Shown: piece by piece, positions 1-7,227 of the stretch
How the letters are laid out: every line of letters starts with the position of its first letter
Position numbering within the stretch: position 1 is the stretch's first letter
From: a virus
Lineage: Duplodnaviria; Caudoviricetes
DNA: 25,454 bases
Virus record (IMG/VR): IMGVR_UViG_3300012352_000834
Location: 1 to 25,454 of that record
Direction: 5' to 3' (one strand)
The notes under the pieces: generated by a model
Databases searched by the model: none
What the model was told of the DNA's origin: nothing
The model's input: the letters and a program-made list of their open reading frames with translations, nothing else
Program-made: the position numbers and the translations under genes

Positions 1-29
1 TCGCCCCGTGAATCTAATCCACGGGGCGA
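1..29 (-). terminator. Stem-loop downstream of major tail gene, probable intrinsic terminator (U-tract would lie outside window)
   Basis: TCGCCCCGTG (1-10) / CACGGGGCGA (20-29) perfect 10-bp inverted repeat, 26 nt past the stop. Confidence 0.6.
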
Positions 30-55
30 GGTTCAGCAAGGTTATAGTTGGTGCC

Positions 56-820
56 TTACTTCGGCGTGAGCAGCAGAGCCTGCTTGCCCTGGAACAGAGC
101 GAAGTTGGCGTCGTCGGCCGTCAGGTCGTAGCAGGTGAACTCCATCGGCAGGTTGCCGAAGTTGTCCGTGGTGAAGCCCAGCGTGAAGCCGGCGGTGATG
201 CGGATCTTGGGGATCAGCAGACCAACTTCGGTGCCGTCAGCCAACGAACCGACGATCTTCGCAGCCAGGTAGGGCTGGTCAGCGGTCGAGCCCACATCCA
301 CAGCGTTGACCTTCTGCACAATCGAACCAGCTGCCAGAGCGACCGGCAGAGCGGCGTTCAGCGTCAGGGTGTTGGTCGCGATCGACACGACGCGGCGATA
401 GAAGGCTTTGTCGTCAGTGCCTTCCTGGATCATGACCCAGTCGTTCGCGGTGATGCCGGTGGCCGAGGTCACAACGACGGTCGTCGCGGCAGCAGCCGTG
501 ATGCCCGTGGTCGTGGTCGAGGCAGCGATCGCGGTCAGCGAGGAGCCGTTCAGGCCCAGAGCGTAAGCGATGTTCTTGGAGGTGTATTCGTACACTTCCA
601 TCTGAGCGGTCACGCGGTTCGAGGTCATCACCGAGTACACGATCTGGTTCTTCACGCCCTGCGTGAGGTCGGTGTACTGGGGCTCGTTCGAGATCGTGAA
701 GTTCTTCACGAGACCGATCGCGTGGGTTGCCGGGGCCAGCGTGAAGAGATCAGCCTGCGGGCCGAGCATCACGGTTGCCGACCCGAGCATAAATGCATTG
801 GTCTTTGCTTCACCAGCCAT
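56..820 (-). CDS. Major tail tube protein
   Basis: Position after neck/terminator genes; strong RBS AAAGGAG before ATG 820; highly biased codons; tube-like sequence (GLVKNFTISNEPQYTDL...LLIPKIRITAGFTLGFTTDNFGNLPMEF). Confidence 0.8.
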   Translation of the reverse strand: MAGEAKTNAFMLGSATVMLGPQADLFTLAPATHAIGLVKNFTISNEPQYTDLTQGVKNQIVYSVMTSNRVTAQMEVYEYTSKNIAYALGLNGSSLTAIAASTTTTGITAAAATTVVVTSATGITANDWVMIQEGTDDKAFYRRVVSIATNTLTLNAALPVALAAGSIVQKVNAVDVGSTADQPYLAAKIVGSLADGTEVGLLIPKIRITAGFTLGFTTDNFGNLPMEFTCYDLTADDANFALFQGKQALLLTPK

Positions 821-856
821 AGTCAAAAGCTCCTTTCAGGGTTTGCTTTCCTGTGT

Positions 857-871
857 GCTGGGAATATACGC
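857..871 (-). promoter_or_regulatory. Candidate late-promoter motif GCGnnTATTCyCAGC (copy 1)
   Basis: 12/15 identical to 6836-6850; both lie just upstream of highly expressed structural genes. Confidence 0.35.
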
Positions 872-900
872 TGAAAACCCACTGTCTTCCAAAGGTTTTC

Positions 901-922
901 TTTGGTATAAACAAGCACCAAA
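901..922 (+). promoter_or_regulatory. Inverted repeat TTTGGT-N10-ACCAAA overlapping a TATAAA -10-like box; candidate Arc operator
   Basis: 22-bp IR directly upstream of the RBS (AGGAG 931-935) of the Arc-like gene. Confidence 0.45.
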
Positions 923-941
923 TCAAACCTAGGAGCTTCTG

Positions 942-1124
942 ATGAAGAAGATGAAGGCTTTCACGATCCGTATCCCGACCGATCTGCATGATCAGATCGA
1001 AGCCCGCGCCGCCGTAAACCGCCGCACCAAGAATGCTGAGATCATTCACATCTTGGAAACGGCGATCGACGAGCACGTTGCCCGGGACTTGCTCACCGCA
1101 AAGTCTGGTCTGAAAGCAAGCTGA
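942..1124 (+). CDS. Arc/Mnt-family ribbon-helix-helix DNA-binding protein
   Basis: FTIRIPTDLHDQIEARAAVNRRTKNAEIIHILE fits the Arc pattern (F.lRlP.el...l...A..n.RS.N.Ei...L); good RBS. Confidence 0.9.
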   Translation: MKKMKAFTIRIPTDLHDQIEARAAVNRRTKNAEIIHILETAIDEHVARDLLTAKSGLKAS

Positions 1125-1533
1125 CCATCACCGGCTGGATCGCCCGGGTGCCTGACCGTTCTGGTGGGGTGACCCGGGTGCCGTCTGTCACGACGAGGAA
1201 CCCGCGGGTTACTCCAGAGCTTGCGTTCACGAGCTTGATCCGCCGGCCGGGAATCAGTTTGTTCAGCAGGCGATTCATGATGTCGTTGAGCCGGAAGTTG
1301 TTCGTGTCTTCGACCGTGGAGACAGCGAACATGTTGCTGACGACGATGTTTCCATCATCCAGGGTGAAGGTGAACTCTGCCAGGCCGATGACATCTTTGT
1401 TCGGCCACTCGGCCGGTGCCCCTGCACTGTCGAGGTTCATGACCTCGAGGTCAAAGCCGACGCCTTTGACTTCCTGAGCGAACTCGGTGCAGAAGGCCAG
1501 CAGGGACGAGAAGGTATCCCGATATTCATTCAC
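1093..1533 (-). CDS. Putative tail terminator/completion protein
   Basis: 146 aa, immediately upstream of tail tube gene; synteny only. Confidence 0.55.
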   Translation of the reverse strand: MNEYRDTFSSLLAFCTEFAQEVKGVGFDLEVMNLDSAGAPAEWPNKDVIGLAEFTFTLDDGNIVVSNMFAVSTVEDTNNFRLNDIMNRLLNKLIPGRRIKLVNASSGVTRGFLVVTDGTRVTPPERSGTRAIQPVMVSLLSDQTLR

Positions 1534-2266
1534 TGAAGTTGCTCCACTTCTTTGTTGCTATACCTCTCAAGAACTGCTTCGGCACTTCGTTCTCAATGAA
1601 CCACTTAAAGTAATTCGCCGTTAGAGGTCTAGCTGGGATGCGCGTTGGGTTGGTTCGCCCCCCATCAAGAGCGGCGAGTTTCTTAGCCCAATCATAGCTC
1701 GACTTTGCGAGGGCTCCGGTTACCTCGGCCCCAGAGTCTATTTTGGAGAACAGGTCGATCTCGACTGTGGTGGAGATGTCAGAAATCCGTCCAAACTGAC
1801 CACCGACCTTTTTTCCACCAACCGTTGCGCCTCGCCCGTAGCGAAAAGTGGTCTGCTTCTGACTGAACTTATCGCTCATCAGACCGCGGAAGGTCGACTT
1901 ACCTAGGATCGCATTGACGGTCGTTGGACCTGAAGATCTCAGACTGTTCTCGAGATCACCCTTGAAAAAGTAGAATCGGTTCTGCGATCCATACTCTCCG
2001 TCGACTACACCTTTCGATTTCTTCTTATCCCAGGTTCTCTTCGAGATCCCCGGGTAAGAACCCGAGAAGGCACCGCTGGTGTTCTCAACATCAATGAACT
2101 TTCCACGCTGAGCCATGTATTGGAAGAACGTGCCCCCAACTGCATCAGCCAGACGGTCAAGCTGCTTACCAATCATGTCGGCTTTGTCGAGGAAGCGGTC
2201 AGACGTAAAAGCAAACGTCCGCTCTTCGATCTTGCTAAAGATGGTGAGGTTGTTATCGACCATCAC
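1526..2266 (-). CDS. Putative neck/tail-completion protein (basic, Gly/Lys-rich)
   Basis: 246 aa, coupled to neighbours; C-terminal RIPARPL resembles the PaRPf motif of HK97 gp10-type proteins. Confidence 0.5.
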   Translation of the reverse strand: MMVDNNLTIFSKIEERTFAFTSDRFLDKADMIGKQLDRLADAVGGTFFQYMAQRGKFIDVENTSGAFSGSYPGISKRTWDKKKSKGVVDGEYGSQNRFYFFKGDLENSLRSSGPTTVNAILGKSTFRGLMSDKFSQKQTTFRYGRGATVGGKKVGGQFGRISDISTTVEIDLFSKIDSGAEVTGALAKSSYDWAKKLAALDGGRTNPTRIPARPLTANYFKWFIENEVPKQFLRGIATKKWSNFSE

Positions 2267-2772
2267 GAGACCTCGAGCAGGTTCAGGCCGAGAGCTTCCT
2301 TCTGGTTTTGTACAATCCAGGCCCCGAGGCGATCACCAACCTTCACAGCAGCGCCGGTCAGGATCTTATACTTCTCTGTCTCGATGCCCATGTTCTCGAC
2401 GACCTTGCCATACTCGACGATCACCGGGAGCGCGTCATCGATCAGCAGCATGCCTGTGTCGCGCGGGAGACCAGTGACCGCGTCCACCTGATCGGTCTTG
2501 CGAGACCAGCTGACCCGATGGGTGATCTCGAAGCACTTGAACTGCTTGAGATCGGTGAATGTCGCGCTGAGCGTGACGAGGAATGTCGCTTCTTCACAGG
2601 TTACTACGTCGCCAGTGTTGACCAGTGCGTTCTGTGAAACGGTGAGCAAGCGGCGCGGCCGGAAGTCAGAAGGCGTCGTGCGCTCGATCGGCAGGCTAAG
2701 TTCTCCGTTGAACTTCATGCCTTCGCGAGTGCGAAAAACCTTGATGAACTGGCCGCGCAACTCACGCATCAT
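2263..2772 (-). CDS. Putative head closure/stopper protein
   Basis: 169 aa beta-rich, follows adaptor; stop/start overlaps on both sides. Confidence 0.5.
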   Translation of the reverse strand: MMRELRGQFIKVFRTREGMKFNGELSLPIERTTPSDFRPRRLLTVSQNALVNTGDVVTCEEATFLVTLSATFTDLKQFKCFEITHRVSWSRKTDQVDAVTGLPRDTGMLLIDDALPVIVEYGKVVENMGIETEKYKILTGAAVKVGDRLGAWIVQNQKEALGLNLLEVS

Positions 2773-3473
2773 TATGCTCCGGTGACTGGATCGGTGGGTG
2801 TTGCCACTGAGAATACTTCCGGAAGCGTCTCTTCAACAGCAAGAACTGCAGTCAGATTCTCTTGAAGTTGACGACGAAGACCGTGTTCCAGAGCCGCCCA
2901 ATCGATCTTCGACGTGCGGATGAACTGCGAGTCTTCCGACTTCACCGACTGAGGGACGCGCAGCGGGAACGAGATCGCCACGTCGATCGCTGCCTGCAAG
3001 GCGATTGCCTCGTTGGCCAGACGGTTCTTGTAGGTCGTCGCGACCAACTGGTTCGAGAAGTCCGTGCCGTAGGCGTCGAACAGCTTGAAGTAGGCACCCA
3101 TCAGGTCGATGTCCTGATCGGGCAGTTCACCTTCAACAAGGCCGGTCAGACGACGAACTTCGTTCGGGACCGCCGTGATCGGCACGAAGCTGGCCAGCTT
3201 GTAGGTCTGGACCAGAGTGTGGCTGCGGCCGTTGTGAACGAAGTTGACCAGCACGAAGCGGTTTTCGTAGAGCGAACCGACAGTCAACTGGTTGCGGCTG
3301 GCGAGGATCTCGATCGATGCCGATGTGGTCAGGCCAGTGAGAGGCGTCGAGACTCCATCCTGAACGCCATTGTGGAGACGGAAGATCCACGAGGCGGAAG
3401 ACGGAACGACGAACTCGCCATCCACCTTGAAGTCGAAGTTGAGGGTGACGTTCTCACCGGCGAAGAACCACAT
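2772..3473 (-). CDS. Putative head-tail adaptor with N-terminal Ig-like extension
   Basis: 233 aa; beta-rich N-half, helical C-half (EVRRLTGLVEGELPDQDI) typical of adaptor proteins; synteny. Confidence 0.55.
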   Translation of the reverse strand: MWFFAGENVTLNFDFKVDGEFVVPSSASWIFRLHNGVQDGVSTPLTGLTTSASIEILASRNQLTVGSLYENRFVLVNFVHNGRSHTLVQTYKLASFVPITAVPNEVRRLTGLVEGELPDQDIDLMGAYFKLFDAYGTDFSNQLVATTYKNRLANEAIALQAAIDVAISFPLRVPQSVKSEDSQFIRTSKIDWAALEHGLRRQLQENLTAVLAVEETLPEVFSVATPTDPVTGA

Positions 3474-3476
3474 GGC

Positions 3477-3824
3477 TTAGCCTTTCTTCCGCGGAGGCTT
3501 GGAGGGAGCGATCTCGTCGATCTTGTCTTCAGTGACGACCGCCGCCTTTTTCGTGCCAGCAGCTTCGACGATGCCGAATTCGGAGACGAAGGCCGCGATG
3601 GCCAGGTCGAGCTTGCCGTCTGACTGCTTCAGGCAATCGAGCCATGCTTCATTGGTCGCCTCGGGCTTGAAGCCACGGTGGAGAATGCGAAGCTGACCAA
3701 GGCCGGTGCGCTGCTCGAGGAAGGCAGTCCAGGTGGTGAGGGTGGGGTTGACGTCATCGATCTCATCACCGGTGTTCGGATCCAGGAGCATGATGTTCGA
3801 AGTCGTTTCGAGCAGAACTTTCAT
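3477..3824 (-). CDS. Hypothetical virion-associated protein downstream of capsid gene
   Basis: ATG 3824 with AGAGG RBS; the ORF-track start at 3854 overlaps the capsid terminator. Confidence 0.75.
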   Translation of the reverse strand: MKVLLETTSNIMLLDPNTGDEIDDVNPTLTTWTAFLEQRTGLGQLRILHRGFKPEATNEAWLDCLKQSDGKLDLAIAAFVSEFGIVEAAGTKKAAVVTEDKIDEIAPSKPPRKKG

Positions 3825-3840
3825 GGGGGCTATCCTCTTA

Positions 3841-3874
3841 TGGGAAAGGCCCACCCACGGTGGGTGGGTGGGCC
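3841..3874 (-). terminator. Intrinsic terminator/attenuator after major capsid gene
   Basis: GGCCCACCCAC (3848-3858) / GTGGGTGGGCC (3864-3874) 11-bp stem followed by TTTCCCA on minus strand. Confidence 0.65.
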
Positions 3875-3902
3875 CTCGGTTCAGACCGATCTGATCCTAA
3901 GA

Positions 3903-5078
3903 TCAGGCGTTGGTCGTCAGCAGCGTCCGGGTGTCGCCGAAGGCCAGCTTGTAGCCGGTGACTTCGGTGCGAACGTAGGTGATCGCCTGGTTCAGGATCG
4001 AGCGCTCGTTTTCAGCGATCGAGGAACCAGCTTCCACCAGCTCTTCCAGCGTCTCGGCCTTGTTGAAGGCGATGAGACGGTTGGCCGGCACCGAGGAAGC
4101 AACCGCGAACTGCACCGCACCACCCATGATCGGCAGCTGGATTGCCGGCGAACCAGCAGCGACCAGAGCTTCCATCTGGGTACGGTCAGCGACAGTGCCG
4201 CCGATCGTGGGAGCGAACATGAACATCAGTTCGACATAGGTGTCGAAGTTGCCCACGAGCATGTCCACAGGGTTGCCGTTCTTGGCGCGTTCCATCAGGA
4301 ACTTGGCCAGAGCCTTGTAGTTCGACTGCAGGGTCTTGCCGCCGGTGAAGTCACCGCCGTAAGTGCCCAGAGCAGCGGTCGCGGCCGCGCCGTTCACGCC
4401 GTCGCCGTTGATCAGCACCGACACAGCGGCATTGACCTTGGACTTCTCGAGCTCACGAGCCACACGCGCAGCGTAGGGCGTCAGGATGTCGAGCGAAGCG
4501 CGGCGGTTGAACTCGTACGAGGTCCGGTAGGCCGAGCCATGCTTGAACATGCCCACGGTCTGCTGGCTGGTACGGATCGTGCGAACCGGGATCCGCGCCA
4601 GTTCCGGCACGGTGAACGAGTCACGCTCAGTCGAGTCATCTTCGACCAGGGTCGAGATGAGTTCGGTGCCAGCGATGGTGCGCGACTGCGCCAACATCGG
4701 GGCGACCGATTCGAACTGCTCCTGACGGTTCTTGAACCGCAGGATGTCGTCGATCACTTCCGGGAACATGGCCCGGGTGCCCGGGAAGGTCTGGAAGGTT
4801 TCGGACGCGGCCTGCAGAACGATGCCGTTCTCGAGGTCGTTGCGGATCGGCAGGTTCAGGTGGGCCAGAGCAGCTTCGTAGCCGCTCAGTTCACCGAACT
4901 TGGCGTCACCGGCACGGGTGTCGATCGCCAGGGTGAGGTAGTCACGCAGGTTCAGACCGTAGTCGGCAGCTGCACGGACGAGGCCCTGCCCTGCTTCAAC
5001 GGACTCACCGCGGGAACCACGGAGACCCTTGAGCACGTCGTCGACAGAACGACGCTGGATATCAATAAGATCGCGCAT
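3903..5078 (-). CDS. Major capsid protein (HK97 fold expected)
   Basis: 391 aa, most biased codons, follows protease and decoration genes, followed by terminator; VPELARIP...MFKHGSAYRTSYE resembles the HK97 E-loop/P-domain pattern. Confidence 0.88.
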   Translation of the reverse strand: MRDLIDIQRRSVDDVLKGLRGSRGESVEAGQGLVRAAADYGLNLRDYLTLAIDTRAGDAKFGELSGYEAALAHLNLPIRNDLENGIVLQAASETFQTFPGTRAMFPEVIDDILRFKNRQEQFESVAPMLAQSRTIAGTELISTLVEDDSTERDSFTVPELARIPVRTIRTSQQTVGMFKHGSAYRTSYEFNRRASLDILTPYAARVARELEKSKVNAAVSVLINGDGVNGAAATAALGTYGGDFTGGKTLQSNYKALAKFLMERAKNGNPVDMLVGNFDTYVELMFMFAPTIGGTVADRTQMEALVAAGSPAIQLPIMGGAVQFAVASSVPANRLIAFNKAETLEELVEAGSSIAENERSILNQAITYVRTEVTGYKLAFGDTRTLLTTNA

Positions 5079-5092
5079 TCTCTGGGTCTCCC

Positions 5093-5491
5093 TTACGCCA
5101 TGACCACGACGACGTAGCCCGTGCCCGATTCCACAACCATGTTGGCTGCGTGATCAGGCGAAGCTGCCGCCTTGACGGCACCAGCGGTCGCCGAACCCAC
5201 AATGGAGTCGCCGACGTTGATGGTGCCCACCTTCGTAAATTTGAAGCCGCCCTTGAGGGCGATCGTGCCCACCAGGATGCCTTCGGTGACGCGGTTTTCC
5301 ACCGTCACCAACTTGCCCACGACCGTATTCCCATCGCCAGCCAGCTTCACGGTGTTGGCAGCGGTGGTGTCGAGTGCGACAGCCTTGCCAACATCAGCGC
5401 TCGTGATGCCGCTTGCGAGAAGGAACGGATAGTGGAACTCTTCGTGCTCAATCCCGCGGAGCGAGACGCCAACACCAATCGTTGCCATCAT
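5093..5491 (-). CDS. Capsid decoration/cement protein
   Basis: 132 aa Gly/Ala/Val-rich beta protein between scaffold and capsid gene, the position of lambda gpD; RBS AAAGGA. Confidence 0.7.
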   Translation of the reverse strand: MMATIGVGVSLRGIEHEEFHYPFLLASGITSADVGKAVALDTTAANTVKLAGDGNTVVGKLVTVENRVTEGILVGTIALKGGFKFTKVGTINVGDSIVGSATAGAVKAAASPDHAANMVVESGTGYVVVVMA

Positions 5492-5500
5492 TCAGTCCTT

Positions 5501-5878
5501 TCAACGCTTAGGGGTTTTGAACGCGCTAAGCACCGGCTTCGCCGGGGCCTTGGCCGCGTCTTCGACAGCAGAAGCAGCCACGCCGCCGACCGGGATTCCC
5601 GAAACGTCGATCGTCACTTCTTCCATATTCGGAGCCGCCGATGCTTCCAGCTCCGCAATGCGGGCCTTGGCAGTGGCGAGTTCCGCCTTCAGAGCGGCAT
5701 CCTCAGCCGACTCCGAATTCTCAATGACCGCAGCAGCAGCTGCAGCCTCAAGAGCTTCGGCAGCAGCCGCCAGCTCTTCAGCAGTGGGTTCCTTGGGGGT
5801 CAAAGCAGCAACACGCTCGGTGAGCTCAGCAAGCTGTACACCCAAGGCGTCAAACATCGCCTTGACTTCAGGGTTCAT
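5501..5878 (-). CDS. Possible nested in-frame scaffold protein (internal start MNPEVK)
   Basis: GAGGA 10 nt upstream of internal ATG 5878, at the start of the coiled-coil segment; analogous to lambda Nu3 within C. Confidence 0.45.
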   Translation of the reverse strand: MNPEVKAMFDALGVQLAELTERVAALTPKEPTAEELAAAAEALEAAAAAAVIENSESAEDAALKAELATAKARIAELEASAAPNMEEVTIDVSGIPVGGVAASAVEDAAKAPAKPVLSAFKTPKR

Positions 5879-6814
5879 GTCTTCGTCTTCCTCTTTGGCC
5901 ATTTCAGACTTGAGATAGTCCCGTGCATCACGAATGTAGGTCGTGGCAAGAACAAGTTTTTCGATGACATGGCCGGGGAGAGGATCTTCATCTGCCAGCA
6001 TGTCGTGAATTTCTTTGGCGGCTTCGAGAACCATCCGCATCGATGACTTGGCCATCTCGCCCTGATTGTCGTACTCAGGGTTGCCAGTCTTTGCCTGCAG
6101 ATCATCAGCAGCCGTGAACAGCACCACCGCTTCCGGGGGCAGGCCGTGAGCTGCGATGCGGTCGTAAGTCTCTTTGCCCATGACCTGCTTGGTCCGACCC
6201 AGGATCTTGGGCTTGCTGGCAGCGCCGCGCGACACCAGCGAGAGTTCCATCCACTTGTCGAGACCAGACAGCTTCACATGGGTGCCGTCGACGCCAACGG
6301 TGTGGCCGTTCTCACAGGTCTGCGAATACAGATTCTCGAAGCCGGCTTCGGCCGAGAAGTAGTCGAACCCGCACTTCGAGCAGAGCAGAGCCTTCGACTT
6401 CAAACCAACTGACACTTCGTCGATGATGCCGAGGTTGATCTTCTCAACCATCGAGGCTTCCGACTTGGGCAGGTAGAACATGGTGCGGAGTTCGGCTTCG
6501 CCATCCGCCAGGCGGATGACTTCCGCCTGGAAGACCTTGCCGATCGGCAGTTCGTAGCCCTGAGCGTGGAGCGTGTGGAGCGGGACGCTCTCTTCACCGG
6601 CGTTCACCGACTGAGCCATCTGGCGCAGCGTGTCCTCAGTGATCCGACCCAGGTTGAAGATCGAACCCATCTTGTTCAGAGGCTTGCTGTTTGCAGCTGC
6701 AGCCTCGAACACGACGATGTCGTCCGCGGTCACGGCGGTGCCAGTGACTTTCTCGATCTGAGCGAGAATGTCCTGCGTCACGTCGATCGCTTTGGAAGGC
6801 TTGCTGAAGTACAT
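5501..6814 (-). CDS. Prohead protease with C-terminal scaffold domain
   Basis: LHTLH...LPIGKVF, GIIDEVSVG, CSKCG, ELSLVSRGA motifs of HK97-type maturation proteases; acidic Ala/Glu coiled-coil C-terminus. Confidence 0.85.
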   Translation of the reverse strand: MYFSKPSKAIDVTQDILAQIEKVTGTAVTADDIVVFEAAAANSKPLNKMGSIFNLGRITEDTLRQMAQSVNAGEESVPLHTLHAQGYELPIGKVFQAEVIRLADGEAELRTMFYLPKSEASMVEKINLGIIDEVSVGLKSKALLCSKCGFDYFSAEAGFENLYSQTCENGHTVGVDGTHVKLSGLDKWMELSLVSRGAASKPKILGRTKQVMGKETYDRIAAHGLPPEAVVLFTAADDLQAKTGNPEYDNQGEMAKSSMRMVLEAAKEIHDMLADEDPLPGHVIEKLVLATTYIRDARDYLKSEMAKEEDEDMNPEVKAMFDALGVQLAELTERVAALTPKEPTAEELAAAAEALEAAAAAAVIENSESAEDAALKAELATAKARIAELEASAAPNMEEVTIDVSGIPVGGVAASAVEDAAKAPAKPVLSAFKTPKR

Positions 6815-6835
6815 CGTACCCTCTGGTTCATTTCC

Positions 6836-6850
6836 GCTGAGAATAACCGC
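6836..6850 (-). promoter_or_regulatory. Candidate late-promoter motif GCGnnTATTCyCAGC (copy 2)
   Basis: See 857-871; lies in the 63-bp gap upstream of protease-decoration-capsid genes. Confidence 0.35.
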
Positions 6851-6877
6851 GTCGGCCGGAACAAGTCTAGGGAAAGT

Positions 6878-7207
6878 TTAGGAGATGCTGTTCGCTGAGC
6901 GAACCACATTGATCTGGATGTAATCTGAGTTCGGGAAGCTCTCTTTTCCACCGCCCGAATAGACAACATCGAACTCTCCGATGAAGGCTCCAGAGAGCTC
7001 GGTGTTGGTCGGAGCCCACTGGTAGACAACCTTCCCCGCTGCAGCGTCGAGGATCAGAGCGTTGCCGGTGATCACGACGGCCTCGTTGTCCCGGCTCCGC
7101 ATGGAGAAGGTAATCGTGGCCCCAGTCAGATTGACAGGCTGACCACTGGGGTTCAGCAAGGTGGCTTCAAGAGAAGGCAGAGTGTTGAACTGCTTGATAA
7201 CGAACAT
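6878..7207 (-). CDS. BppU N-terminal-like Ig-fold fibre anchor protein
   Basis: IKQFNTLPSLEATL..G.PVNLTGATITFSM...GKVVYQW...T...G.F.GEFDVVY..G..ESFP is the characteristic BppU_N-like pattern. Confidence 0.75.
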   Translation of the reverse strand: MFVIKQFNTLPSLEATLLNPSGQPVNLTGATITFSMRSRDNEAVVITGNALILDAAAGKVVYQWAPTNTELSGAFIGEFDVVYSGGGKESFPNSDYIQINVVRSANSIS

Positions 7208-7227
7208 CGCGGCCCACCTGATGAGAT

